NCBI GenBank assembly: GCA_943361925.1
Contig: CALRIT020000010.1
Location: forward strand, 13,334-77,333
DNA from: Vulcanococcus limneticus LL
Lineage (GTDB): Bacteria; Bacteroidota; Bacteroidia; UKL13-3
Length of the DNA: 64,000 bases
Direction of reading: 5' to 3'
The stretch's first letter is position 1. Every line of letters begins with the position of its first letter. Below, piece by piece: positions 1-10,126 of the stretch. Position numbers and translations under genes: made by a program. The notes beneath the pieces were generated by a model that ran no database searches, was not told where the DNA came from, and saw only the letters and a list, made by a program, of their open reading frames with translations.

Positions 1-1094
1 TCGTAACTTAAAGCCACATACATAATAGGTCTGATAACAATCTGACCATCTTTCACAACAGCTCTTTCAACAATATTATGCATTCCTAAAATAGCAGATT
101 GGGGAGGGTTGATAATTGGCGTACTTAACATTGAACCAAACACACCACCATTGGTGATAGTGAAAGTTCCGCCTGTCATTTCATCTAAACCCAATTTATT
201 GTCTCTAGCTCTACCGGCCAAACGTGCTACTTCTTTTTCAATATCAGCTAAACCCAAACTTTCGGCATTTCTGATAACAGGAACTACCAATCCTTTAGGA
301 GCGCTCACAGCAATAGATATATCGCAGTAATCGTGGTAAATGATTTCTTCACCATCAAGATAAGCGTTTACTGCAGGGAAAGATTTAAGTGCTACACAAA
401 CTGCTTTTGTAAAGAAGCTCATGAAACCAAGATTTACACCAAAGTTTTCTTTAAACTGATTTTTGTATTGGTTACGTAAATCCATGATTGGCTTCATATC
501 CACTTCATTAAAAGTGGTTAACATAGCGGTTTCATTTTTAGCAGCAACCAAACGTTTACTTACAGTTTTACGAAGGGAAGTCATTTTTTCTCTTCTATCA
601 TTTCTTGATTTTTCTTCGTTTGCGGTAACTTTTAATTCAGCAGAAACAGCATCAGATTTGGTAATTCTACCATCTTTTCCGGTTCCTTTTACATCTTTTG
701 AATCAACACCTTTTTCAGCTAAAATTTTAGCAGCAGCAGGACTAGGAGTTCCGCTTGCGTAGGTTTCATTTTTTGTTTCAACTTTAGGAGCTTCTGCTTT
801 CGGAGCTTCTTTTACAGGAGCTGTTTCAGCAGGTTTTGCGGCACCTTCAGGGCGAGCTGCATCAGTATCGATACTTGCAATTATATCACCCACAGCAATG
901 GTATCACCCTCATTAGCTTTGGTTGTAAGAATTCCGGCTTTTTCAGCATTGAGTTCAAAAGTTGCCTTATCTGATTCGAGTTCACAAAGAAGTTCGTCCA
1001 TTTCTACATAATCGCCCGTTTTTTTATTCCAACGAGCAACAGTTACTTCACTAATTGATTCTCCGACAGAAGGTACTTTTATTTCTAATGACAT
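1..1094 (-). CDS. sucB: Dihydrolipoamide succinyltransferase (2-oxoglutarate dehydrogenase E2); C-terminal end cut by the window edge
   Basis: Absent from the ORF track because it is open at the edge. Hand translation from the ATG at 1094..1092 gives MSLEIKVPSVGESISEVTVARWNKKTGDYVEMDELLCELESDKATFEL (lipoyl domain with the DKA motif). An Ala/Pro linker and the segment SPAAAKILAEKGV follow. The catalytic domain reads TFTITNGGVFGSMLSTPIINPPQSAILGMH...ALSYD and runs off position 1. Confidence 0.9.
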   Translation of the reverse strand, partial: MSLEIKVPSVGESISEVTVARWNKKTGDYVEMDELLCELESDKATFELNAEKAGILTTKANEGDTIAVGDIIASIDTDAARPEGAAKPAETAPVKEAPKAEAPKVETKNETYASGTPSPAAAKILAEKGVDSKDVKGTGKDGRITKSDAVSAELKVTANEEKSRNDRREKMTSLRKTVSKRLVAAKNETAMLTTFNEVDMKPIMDLRNQYKNQFKENFGVNLGFMSFFTKAVCVALKSFPAVNAYLDGEEIIYHDYCDISIAVSAPKGLVVPVIRNAESLGLADIEKEVARLAGRARDNKLGLDEMTGGTFTITNGGVFGSMLSTPIINPPQSAILGMHNIVERAVVKDGQIVIRPIMYVALSY

Positions 1095-1204
1095 GATGAT
1101 GGATTTAGGGATGCAAAAATAGGACTTTAAGACTGCTAAAAAAGATTTAGAAGCATTGAATACCCGTAAGTATAGAAATTTAACAGAAATTATTCAGACA
1201 AAGG

Positions 1205-1236
1205 CAAAAAAAAAGAGGTCCGAAGACCTCTTTTTC
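1205..1236 (-). terminator. Rho-independent terminator after the 565-aa lipoprotein gene
   Basis: Stem agaggtc (1214-1220), loop cgaa, stem gacctct (1225-1231). The A-run at 1206-1214 becomes a U-run on the minus-strand transcript. Confidence 0.8.
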
Positions 1237-1256
1237 TAGATAAATAATTTTAAATA

Positions 1257-2954
1257 TTAAGGACAATCAGCAGGCGCAACATTCAAAATATAAGAAATAG
1301 ATTGACTAGAAGCAGCTATATCAGTGCTATAATCTTTGTTCTTATAAGTGGTTTTGAAGGTATAGGTACTTCCAACAGTTAAACCATGCACATAGTATTG
1401 ACCAGGCCATTGAGAACCTCTTGGAGTATAAACCAATTGTGTCCAGATAGTATTTGCCGGAGAACCAGCTAATTTTTTATAAATTGGAGGAATAGATGTA
1501 ACCGAAATATTAGGACAATTGATACTTACAGTTAACAAAATTGGATTACAAGACTGACCTTGTGGCAATGTATAAGAAAGAATTGGTGCAGTTGCAAATG
1601 TTCCACCCAATACAGAACATGATATTGCAGATGGTGTAAATGTTGCAGTTCCTGGTAACCCCGTTCTTAGATTTCTAGGAAGCGCTCTAAGTCTTGGATT
1701 ATGTAAATTTTTAATAGCTCCCGGTATAGCCGCAGTAATTGAATACCCAGATGTACCTGCTGGCAAAGTAATATTATTTGGAAGAACATTACCTGTCCAA
1801 CCCAAAATTAATCCACCTGCAGCATTTCTCCAACCTAAATTTTCTAATCTAAAAGTAGCCGGACACGTTGCAGCTGTTTGCACAAAACGGAATTTACCAT
1901 AACAAATTGGTAAAGTTGCTTTTTTACCTAAACTACGTCCTTGACCTCCAAAAGATGCTTTTACCCAATATGCATTAGAAATTTGACCAACTACTGTAAA
2001 ATTAGCACCACCTAAATCTTGAACCACTGTATTTTTCTGAAAACCCCAATCTGCACTAGTTAAATTTTTGGTAATAAATTCTAATGAATCACCTGATTTT
2101 ACTTGAGCACTTGTTTCAATATTCATAATGTCTTTATGAACATCCATAGATACTGAGATTGGTTTACTGAATGAAGCTACAAATCCATTTGAATTTGAAA
2201 TTTCGATATAAGCACATGCTGCATCAATACTCACATATTTTGCTGTTTGGTTATTCTTGTACTTTACAGTCATTTCACCATTTTCATCGTTTTGCGGAGT
2301 GTACTGTAAAGCATCTGACTCAGGTGAAAAATAATACACTTTTGCATCAAATGAACCACTTAAAACATTTCCACTTGCATCTAAAAATTTGGTGCCCGCT
2401 GGAATAGTAACCGACATTCCTGTATTTATAGTTGGAACTTTTGAAGGTGTAATTGTTAAATTATTTACCAAACCATCATTAGAATTATCAACTTTTACGC
2501 TAGTTTTAGTAATAGACTCCGGTAAATTGTCTAGAGATACCATTGGGATATCAAAACTTTTTGATTCTGCTTCAGTATAAGTTAAACTTACTGATGAAGC
2601 CAAATATCCTTCGGCATTAGCAGTAACTGTAAATACCAATGGATTGCTTTCAGAAGGAATTGCATCTTTTCTGATTGCCAAATTAATCATTCCATTAGCT
2701 ACTTTAAAAGTTTTAGTACCACTAATTTCATAGATTTTACTAGCACCAGAACCAGATATTTCAATTTTCACTTCCTTATCAACAATTGTCGCACCGGTTG
2801 ATTGGTCTACAAACTGCATTGAAAAGTTAAATGGCAATAATTTATCTGTATCTATTTTAATCTGAACATTTTCTGTTGGATCCTTTAGTTTACAGCCTCC
2901 CAAAACCAGGATGCCTGATAGTAAAATTACTTTACTTATATTTATTAATTTCAT
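1257..2954 (-). CDS. Lipoprotein of unknown function
   Basis: 565-aa ORF. The N-terminus MKLINISKVILLSGILVLGGC is a signal peptide plus lipobox Cys. Composition is Thr/Ser/Asn/Gly-rich and beta-type, with six Cys in the C-terminal ~220 aa. No family recognised. Confidence 0.7.
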   Translation of the reverse strand: MKLINISKVILLSGILVLGGCKLKDPTENVQIKIDTDKLLPFNFSMQFVDQSTGATIVDKEVKIEISGSGASKIYEISGTKTFKVANGMINLAIRKDAIPSESNPLVFTVTANAEGYLASSVSLTYTEAESKSFDIPMVSLDNLPESITKTSVKVDNSNDGLVNNLTITPSKVPTINTGMSVTIPAGTKFLDASGNVLSGSFDAKVYYFSPESDALQYTPQNDENGEMTVKYKNNQTAKYVSIDAACAYIEISNSNGFVASFSKPISVSMDVHKDIMNIETSAQVKSGDSLEFITKNLTSADWGFQKNTVVQDLGGANFTVVGQISNAYWVKASFGGQGRSLGKKATLPICYGKFRFVQTAATCPATFRLENLGWRNAAGGLILGWTGNVLPNNITLPAGTSGYSITAAIPGAIKNLHNPRLRALPRNLRTGLPGTATFTPSAISCSVLGGTFATAPILSYTLPQGQSCNPILLTVSINCPNISVTSIPPIYKKLAGSPANTIWTQLVYTPRGSQWPGQYYVHGLTVGSTYTFKTTYKNKDYSTDIAASSQSISYILNVAPADCP

Positions 2955-2965
2955 AATCTTATTTA

Positions 2966-3679
2966 TTATTTGATTTTAACATTGAACTGAAAATTCAAAA
3001 CCGGATGCCATTTATAATCAACCATATTGCCCTCAAAAACAGAAGCTTGGTCGGCCGTTGGACTAATCATTCCTGTAGGATTTAAAGTAACTTTAGGAGA
3101 ACCGATGTGGTAAGCACCCATGTCGATTGTAAAACTTACTCTTTTCTTTGGAACATTTCTTCCAAAACCAATTCCGATATAAGGTGCAACTTTATTCCAT
3201 TTGATATCCATTGCAAAAACCCCTAATTCATCAGGTGAAACAACTATTTCACCATAAGTTAAACTCTCCTTTAATTTACCGGTAAGGCCAATTGTGTTAT
3301 TAGGCATACCTGCTCCGAAAGTAAAACGAAAACTTGCTGCACCCGGATGCCAATCTAATTTTGCACTAGGAATACCCAAAGCAAGATCAGCATCAACAAT
3401 TAAAGTACGTTTATCTACATCTAATTCTAGATTTTGTGCCGTATTTAACATGGCATAACCCAATCTTAAATCGAAGGATCTGCTTAATTTTTTACTTAAC
3501 TCAGCTCCATAACCTGCTGTTCCGGCTTTTACGCCCAAAGCCCAACCCGTTCCGAAAGAAAAGCTGTAAGGGTTACTTTTTTCTGGTTTAGCTGCTGGGA
3601 CTTCAGCTTTTTCTTGTCCAAAGCTTGCGAAGGCGCAAAAGCTTAACAACAAAAATACAGGGAGTATTCTTTGTATCAT
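2966..3679 (-). CDS. Small outer-membrane beta-barrel protein (porin/OmpW-like size), function unknown
   Basis: 237 aa. Signal peptide MIQRILPVFLLLSFCAFASFGQ, alternating beta-strand pattern, aromatic-containing C-terminal strand LNFQFNVKIK. An 11-nt gap to the downstream lipoprotein gene suggests an operon. Confidence 0.6.
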   Translation of the reverse strand: MIQRILPVFLLLSFCAFASFGQEKAEVPAAKPEKSNPYSFSFGTGWALGVKAGTAGYGAELSKKLSRSFDLRLGYAMLNTAQNLELDVDKRTLIVDADLALGIPSAKLDWHPGAASFRFTFGAGMPNNTIGLTGKLKESLTYGEIVVSPDELGVFAMDIKWNKVAPYIGIGFGRNVPKKRVSFTIDMGAYHIGSPKVTLNPTGMISPTADQASVFEGNMVDYKWHPVLNFQFNVKIK

Positions 3680-3881
3680 ATGGTTTAATTTTTATGCAAA
3701 ATAGAAAAGAATTTTAATTTAAACAGAATAAATTGTCACTGACTTTTTAAAACCCAGTTTTTAATTTATAAGTGGTCATAAATTTAAAAAATGAATTTCG
3801 AGTAACACAAAAATAATCTTGCTTTCGATACCCAAATTCTCTTAGTTTCATCCAAAATGTTCTATTTTGCACCATAATTCT

Positions 3882-6740
3882 ATGAAGAAATTTTTACTGC
3901 TTTTCGTATTAATCGTACTTGGTAGTTCGGTAATTGCTCAAAATACAGCTTCTATTACAGGTAAAATAATAGATAAAAAAGACCAGTCAGAACTGATTGG
4001 TGTAACTGTGCTTATTCAAGGAACCAGCTTTGGTACTGCTACAAATGCAAGCGGACAATTTTCCATCAAAAACATTAAACCGGGAGATTATAATATAGAA
4101 ATTACTTATATCGGTTACAAAAAAATTATTCAAACCGGAATAAAATTAAAAGTTGGTGAAAACAGAGATTTAGGAACTATTGCTATGATTGAGGCCACTG
4201 CAAATATTGATGAGGTGGTAATTCTTGGTAAAAAACCTTTGATTGATATAGAAAAAGGACAGTCTGTAAATACTATCAATCAAGAAAATATTGAACTTGC
4301 CCCTGCCCGTCAATTGCAAAAAATTATCAATACACAACCGGGTGTTATTCAATCGCCTGCCGGAGTTAGTATAAGAGGTAGTCGTACTTATGAAACCGGA
4401 ACTTATATCGATGGTGTTTCTGTTACCGATCCTATGGCTGGAACAGGTTTTGGATTGGATATTGGAGCAAATGCCATTGGTGAAATAGAAATTACAACAG
4501 GTGGTATCGGCGCCGAAATTGGTGATGCTACTGCAGGTGTTGTTAGTGCCAGAACAAAAACTGCCGGTGAAAAACTAGACGTAAATGCTACTTACAAAAG
4601 AGATAATTTAGGTTTCAACCGCGATTGGATTAGCACTTGGAATAGTCAGCTAGCTGAAATAAATATTGGTTCTCCAATTTTCAAAAAAGCACTCAAAAGC
4701 AGATTAAAAGCCAATGTGGCTGTTAGAAGTTCTGTTTCTGATGAGTTTTACAGAAATCCTGCAAACCAACTCAATTCTTCTTTAATGAATGAAGCCGGTT
4801 TTGGTGGAACAAATCTGGCACCTTATCAAGACAACAGATGGAGTGGTTTATTCAAATTAAACTACGATTTCAAAAAAGGAAAAATGCTTACTGCTACCAT
4901 GTTACGAAGTGTTACCATCAATCAGGATGTAAACATGTTACGTATTTTTGGTAACGATGCGCCTTACCAACCGGGTTATCAGTATATATTCAGTCAGCAA
5001 ATGGATAATGCAAATACATTTACGCATGATTCTTATATGCAAATGCTGAATTTCAAACATTCGGTTTCAAAAAGATTTAGTTACAATGCAACAGCTTCAC
5101 GTTTATTTGTGCAATTAAGAGCCGATGCAAATGGCAGGGTTTGGAGACCAAAATCGGTTGACCAAATTTTCGATCCAAGTTCTATCAATACTTTTCCAAT
5201 TGATATTTATCCAACCGGAGATTCAAATGTAGCTTGGGTAAGTAATCCTTCCGGGTTTTATAATAACAATGGAATTGCTACTCTATGGCATCACCATTAT
5301 TTAGAAGAATATGTGGCAAGAGCAACTGGAAATTTATTCAGTAAAAACTCATTAAACAAACTCACATTTGGTTTCGAAATGAAATTCCAGGATATGCTTT
5401 GGATTGATGTTCAACGCTCTTGGATTGGCGCACCTTTACAATTACCTGATGGAACTTATACAAAGAGTGACAGATTAGGTTCGCAAAGTGATATTTGGGC
5501 TGTAAAACCAAGAAGAGGTGGATTTTTTATTACAGATCAAATTAAATACAAAGGTTTAGTTGCTTCAGTTGGTGGTCGTTTTGAATATTGGGCTCCTGGT
5601 AAATATGTGGATGATGCTGTTGCTAATTCAAAATCACCCATTCTTGAATCAATGCGTCAGGATTACTTAAACAGTACCACCAAAATTGGAGATTTAAGGT
5701 ATAAATTCCGTTTCCTTCCTAAAATCAATGCAACATTCCCAATTGCTGAAAACAAAATGTTGTATTTCAACTATGGACATACAACTATTCTTCCGCATCC
5801 AAGCTTTATTTATCCGGGTTTAGATCCAAATTACCAAGATAGATCAACTTTGGCCAGAGTAGGTAATCCAAACTTAAATCCTGAGGTTGATATCAGTTAT
5901 GAATTGGGATTAAAAAGTCAGCTAACCAGCAACGATGCTTTAACCATTGCAGCATTCTGGAAAGACAAATACGATTTCGTTACCACAACTTCGGTTGTTA
6001 TTCCTGATATTACAGGCAGAGATTTAACCAGAACCATTCGTATCAATTCAGATTATGCACGTGCAAGAGGAATTGAATTAAACTATATCAAAAGAATTGG
6101 AAACTGGTATCAAGGTCAGGCAGCATTTACCTACATGGTTACAACTGGACAAAGTGCATCGGCCAATGAAAAATTAAAAGATTTACTTGCCAGCGGGAAC
6201 GTAGAAGATACCAAAGAATTCTATTTGCCATGGGATGTACCATTTGATTTCAAAACCAATCATATCTTTAAAATCGACAAAAAAGGTGGTTTGTTTGAAA
6301 GAAAATGGTTGAACAATATTAGCTTCTACTTCGAAACTGTATTCCGTTCAGGAGTTCGTTATACACCTTATATTTTCGATAGAAACGATCCAAGTACTGG
6401 AAGACCAATCTGGGTTCAGGATCCAAATCCTGATGCACGTTGGAGCAAAAGAGGGACCAATTGGTTTTGGTCTGATTTAACTATTTCGAAATGGTGGAAA
6501 AGAAGATCTTATTACGTAGCTGCAAACATTCAGATTACAAATATCTTCAATAATAAAAATGCATCTATCATCAATCCAGTAACAGGAAAAGCTTATCAGG
6601 TTGGAGATGATGTTCCGGATACATGGGTAGATCCAAGGTACAACGACCCAAGATTGGGCACAAACGGACCTCCACCAGTAAACCCTGCAAGATTTTTGGA
6701 ACAAAGACATATCATGCTTGGAGTGAATTTAAAATTCTAA
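3882..6740 (+). CDS. TonB-dependent receptor with an N-terminal carboxypeptidase-regulatory-like domain
   Basis: Start moved to the ATG at 3882 (MKKFLLLFVLIVLGSSVIAQ signal peptide). CarboxypepD_reg-type segment ITGKIIDKKDQSELIGVTVLIQGTSFGTATNASGQFSIKNIKPGDY, then a plug and a long barrel ending GVNLKF. No SusD-like partner is adjacent. Confidence 0.85.
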   Translation: MKKFLLLFVLIVLGSSVIAQNTASITGKIIDKKDQSELIGVTVLIQGTSFGTATNASGQFSIKNIKPGDYNIEITYIGYKKIIQTGIKLKVGENRDLGTIAMIEATANIDEVVILGKKPLIDIEKGQSVNTINQENIELAPARQLQKIINTQPGVIQSPAGVSIRGSRTYETGTYIDGVSVTDPMAGTGFGLDIGANAIGEIEITTGGIGAEIGDATAGVVSARTKTAGEKLDVNATYKRDNLGFNRDWISTWNSQLAEINIGSPIFKKALKSRLKANVAVRSSVSDEFYRNPANQLNSSLMNEAGFGGTNLAPYQDNRWSGLFKLNYDFKKGKMLTATMLRSVTINQDVNMLRIFGNDAPYQPGYQYIFSQQMDNANTFTHDSYMQMLNFKHSVSKRFSYNATASRLFVQLRADANGRVWRPKSVDQIFDPSSINTFPIDIYPTGDSNVAWVSNPSGFYNNNGIATLWHHHYLEEYVARATGNLFSKNSLNKLTFGFEMKFQDMLWIDVQRSWIGAPLQLPDGTYTKSDRLGSQSDIWAVKPRRGGFFITDQIKYKGLVASVGGRFEYWAPGKYVDDAVANSKSPILESMRQDYLNSTTKIGDLRYKFRFLPKINATFPIAENKMLYFNYGHTTILPHPSFIYPGLDPNYQDRSTLARVGNPNLNPEVDISYELGLKSQLTSNDALTIAAFWKDKYDFVTTTSVVIPDITGRDLTRTIRINSDYARARGIELNYIKRIGNWYQGQAAFTYMVTTGQSASANEKLKDLLASGNVEDTKEFYLPWDVPFDFKTNHIFKIDKKGGLFERKWLNNISFYFETVFRSGVRYTPYIFDRNDPSTGRPIWVQDPNPDARWSKRGTNWFWSDLTISKWWKRRSYYVAANIQITNIFNNKNASIINPVTGKAYQVGDDVPDTWVDPRYNDPRLGTNGPPPVNPARFLEQRHIMLGVNLKF

Positions 6741-6783
6741 AATGATAATTCTAAAACTATAATATTTTATATCAAACAAAAAT

Positions 6784-6808
6784 GGTCGGCCCAAAGCCGG
6801 CCTTTTTT
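6784..6808 (+). terminator. Rho-independent terminator after the TonB-dependent receptor gene
   Basis: ggtcggc / ccaaa / gccggcc hairpin followed by tttttt. Confidence 0.7.
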
Positions 6809-6878
6809 ATGCTCTTTTTGAGGCAATTATCGATGGTCGACAAGAATAAGATTCCCAAAACAATTATCTTTGCCGCTT

Positions 6879-8123
6879 ATGATATCAAGCCAAAACCAAA
6901 CCGCAGACTATTTTATTGAGCTCGAACACCATTATGGAGCGCATAATTACCATCCAATTCCTGTAGTACTTGACAGAGCTTCAGGCATATTTGTATGGGA
7001 TGTTGATGGGAAACAATATTTCGATTTCCTTTCAGCTTATTCAGCAGTAAACCAAGGACATTGTCACCCAAAAATAACACAGGCTTTGGTAAACCAGGCC
7101 GGAAAACTAAGCTTAACCAGCCGTGCTTTTCACAATAATTTATTGGGAGAATACGAAAAATACATCACAGAATATTTTGGTTACGACAAAGTATTACCCA
7201 TGAATACCGGAGTTGAAGGTGGAGAAACTGCCATTAAACTTGCCAGAAGATGGGCTTATGATGTGAAAAAAATTGCAGATAATCAGGCTACAGTTTTGTT
7301 TGTTGAAGGTAATTTCTGGGGAAGAACCATGGCTGCTATCAGTTCATCAAGCGACCCTAGCAGTTATGCAGGTTTCGGACCTTATATGCCAGGATTTAAA
7401 CTCATTCCTTATAATGATTTAAATAGACTAGAAGAAGAATTCAAGGCCAATCCGAATATTGCTGCTTTTATGTTTGAACCAATTCAAGGTGAAGCAGGAG
7501 TTGTTGTTCCAGATGAAGGTTATTTAAGTGGAGTAAGAGCTTTGTGCACACAATACAATGTATTAATGATTGCTGATGAAGTACAAACCGGCTTGTGTAG
7601 AACAGGAAAAATGCTGGCATGCGACCATGAAAACGTAAAACCTGATATCTTGATTTTAGGAAAAGCTCTTTCTGGTGGATTGTTACCTGTTTCTGCGGTA
7701 TTGGCAAACGATGAAATTATGTTAACCATTAAACCCGGAGAACATGGTTCTACTTATGGAGGAAATCCATTGGCTTGTGCAGTTGCAACAGCAGCTTTAG
7801 AAGTTTTGAAAGAAGAAAACCTGGCTGAAAATGCACAAAAAATGGGTGAAATTTTCAGAGCCAGAATGGAAGACTTAATAAAAAGAAGCAGTTTAGTGAG
7901 TTTGGTAAGAGGAAGAGGATTATTAAATGCTATTGTTATTAAACCTTTTGGTGATGGAAAAACAGCCTGGGATGTTTGTTTATTATTAAAAGATAACGGT
8001 TTATTGGCCAAACAAACCCATGGTGATATCATTAGGTTTGCACCACCATTGGTAATCAATGAAGAACAAATGCATGAAGCATGTGATATCATAGAAAAAA
8101 CAATTTTGGGTTTAAAAGCATAA
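6879..8123 (+). CDS. rocD: Ornithine--oxo-acid aminotransferase
   Basis: [49 protein letters not shown] and [12 protein letters not shown] are class-III aminotransferase, OAT-type motifs. The track start at 6870 is a TTG; the ATG at 6879 is preferred. Confidence 0.88.
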   Translation: MISSQNQTADYFIELEHHYGAHNYHPIPVVLDRASGIFVWDVDGKQYFDFLSAYSAVNQGHCHPKITQALVNQAGKLSLTSRAFHNNLLGEYEKYITEYFGYDKVLPMNTGVEGGETAIKLARRWAYDVKKIADNQATVLFVEGNFWGRTMAAISSSSDPSSYAGFGPYMPGFKLIPYNDLNRLEEEFKANPNIAAFMFEPIQGEAGVVVPDEGYLSGVRALCTQYNVLMIADEVQTGLCRTGKMLACDHENVKPDILILGKALSGGLLPVSAVLANDEIMLTIKPGEHGSTYGGNPLACAVATAALEVLKEENLAENAQKMGEIFRARMEDLIKRSSLVSLVRGRGLLNAIVIKPFGDGKTAWDVCLLLKDNGLLAKQTHGDIIRFAPPLVINEEQMHEACDIIEKTILGLKA

Positions 8124-8144
8124 CACATTAAAAACTATAGAAAA

Positions 8145-8173
8145 GCCGCGAACAAAAATTCGCGGCTTTTTTT
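8145..8173 (+). terminator. Rho-independent terminator after rocD
   Basis: gccgcgaa / caaaaa / ttcgcggc hairpin followed by ttttttt. Confidence 0.85.
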
Positions 8174-8347
8174 ATACTTCATCATCAACCATCCCTATCT
8201 TTTATCAGCTTTTTAATAAGCCACTATCAGTATTTTTCAATAACATTCTACCCTATTTTGTTGATACAAATCAGTAATCGAAAGTTTATTTGGCTTTCTG
8301 ATTTTGCTGAATAAATTGCATGTCCAAACTATCAACCAACCCAAAAT

Positions 8348-10012
8348 ATGAAATCTGATATTGAAATTGCTCACGAATCTAAATTACAAAGAATCGACAA
8401 AATTGCTGAAGCTTATGGTATTCATGAAGACCAATTAGAACAATATGGTAAATACAAGGCCAAGATTGATGTGAAATTTGATGAGGAAAAAATTGCCAAT
8501 AGCAAACTTATCCTGGTTACTGCTACCACTCCAAATAAAAGTGGTTCAGGAAAAACAACTACCTCAATCGCACTTGCACAAGGTTTAAATAAAATTGGGA
8601 AAAAAGCTGTTTTGGCTTTACGTGAACCTTCTTTGGGTCCGTGTTTTGGTATGAAAGGTGGCGCTGCAGGTGGAGGTTATTCGCAGGTTTTACCTATGGA
8701 AGATATCAACCTGCATTTTACAGGTGATTTTCACGCCATTACTTCTGCTAACAATACCTTGGCTGCTTTAATAGATAATTATAATTACTTCAACAAAGGT
8801 TCTCAAAAGGCTTTGAAACAAATTCTTTGGAGAAGGGTGCTGGATGTAAACGATCGCTCTCTTCGTTATATGTTATCAGGCTTAAATGGCGCTACAAATG
8901 GCATTCCAACAGAAACCGGTTTTGATATTACACCTGCGAGTGAAATCATGGCGATATTTTGTCTTTCAACAAGTCTTGATGATTTGAGAAACAAAATCGA
9001 CAATATCCTGATTGGTTATACTTATGAAAACCAACCGTTTTTTGTTCGCGATTTAAAAGTAGGTGGAGCATTGGTTACTTTATTAAAAGATGCTTTTAAT
9101 CCCAACCTGGTTCAAACCATTGAAGGTGGAGCAGCTTTTATTCATGGTGGACCTTTTGCCAATATTGCTCATGGATGTAATTCTATTATGGCTACTAAAT
9201 CGGCCTTACAATTTGGCGAATATGCCATCACAGAAGCCGGTTTTGGAAGTGATTTGGGTGGAGAAAAATTCTTGAATATCAAATGTCGCCAATTGGGCAT
9301 AACTCCTGCAGCGAGTGTATTGGTTAGCACAACTCAATCATTAAAATTACATGGAAAAGTTGATGAAAAACTCATCAAACAACCCAATCTGGAAGGCTTA
9401 AAAAAAGGCTTACTTAATTTGGAACGCCATGTAGAAAATCTGCAGAATTTTGGTCAGAGTGTTGTTGTTGCATTGAACAAATTTGGCTTCGATACCGAAG
9501 AAGAATTGGGTTATATGCAAGATTGGTGTAAACAAAAAGGAACTGAATTTTCTATCAATGAAGGTTTTGCCAGAGGTGGTGAAGGCGCAGTGGCTTTAGC
9601 TGAAAAAGTGGTGGAAGTTTGCGAAAACAAACCTTCTACAAAAATTCAACATACCTATGAATTGAATGATACGCTTGAAACCAAAATCGAAAAAATAGTA
9701 AAAAGCATTTATAGAGGTTCGGGAATTACATTTAGCAAAACAGCCAAATCAGCAATGAAAAAATTAAAAGAATTAGGTGCTGATGAAATGCCTGTTTGTA
9801 TTGCTAAAACTCAATTCTCATTCACTGACAATGCAGCTCTGGTTGGCGTAGAAAGCGGATTTAATATCACCATAGAAAACCTGGTAATGAACCACGGTGC
9901 AGGATTTGTTGTAGCAGTTGCCGGTGAAATCATGCGTATGCCCGGTTTACCAAAAGAACCTGCTGCCATGCAAATTGATGTGGTGAATGGTGAAATTGTT
10001 GGCTTGAGTTAA
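8348..10012 (+). CDS. fhs: Formate--tetrahydrofolate ligase
   Basis: 554 aa. P-loop-like TPNKSGSGKTTTSIALAQGL, plus EPSLGPCFGMKGGAAGGGYSQV and FAHGGPFANIAHGCNS-type blocks typical of FTHFS. Confidence 0.95.
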   Translation: MKSDIEIAHESKLQRIDKIAEAYGIHEDQLEQYGKYKAKIDVKFDEEKIANSKLILVTATTPNKSGSGKTTTSIALAQGLNKIGKKAVLALREPSLGPCFGMKGGAAGGGYSQVLPMEDINLHFTGDFHAITSANNTLAALIDNYNYFNKGSQKALKQILWRRVLDVNDRSLRYMLSGLNGATNGIPTETGFDITPASEIMAIFCLSTSLDDLRNKIDNILIGYTYENQPFFVRDLKVGGALVTLLKDAFNPNLVQTIEGGAAFIHGGPFANIAHGCNSIMATKSALQFGEYAITEAGFGSDLGGEKFLNIKCRQLGITPAASVLVSTTQSLKLHGKVDEKLIKQPNLEGLKKGLLNLERHVENLQNFGQSVVVALNKFGFDTEEELGYMQDWCKQKGTEFSINEGFARGGEGAVALAEKVVEVCENKPSTKIQHTYELNDTLETKIEKIVKSIYRGSGITFSKTAKSAMKKLKELGADEMPVCIAKTQFSFTDNAALVGVESGFNITIENLVMNHGAGFVVAVAGEIMRMPGLPKEPAAMQIDVVNGEIVGLS

Positions 10013-10051
10013 ATCAACCCAAAAAAAGTAAATTGTTTCTCATTTAAATAC

Positions 10052-10090
10052 AGACCAATTGTTGCTAAAAATGTAACAATTGGTCTTTTA
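10052..10090 (+). terminator. Rho-independent terminator after fhs
   Basis: 12-bp stem agaccaattgtt / aacaattggtct with an 11-nt loop, followed by ttt. Confidence 0.75.
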
Positions 10091-10126
10091 CACTTGTGTA
10101 TTCAAAACATTTTCTAATTTCGCCCT

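Noticed and set aside
7468-8128. Three minus-strand ORFs (7468-7707, 7520-7729, 7754-8128).
   Set aside because: They are antisense to rocD, whose aminotransferase motifs are unambiguous.
8174-8347. Possible folate- or ZTP-type riboswitch in the 5-prime region of fhs.
   Set aside because: The leader is AT-rich. I found none of the GC-rich conserved helices or the pseudoknot core expected for ZTP (pfl) or THF riboswitches. A covariance-model scan would settle the question.
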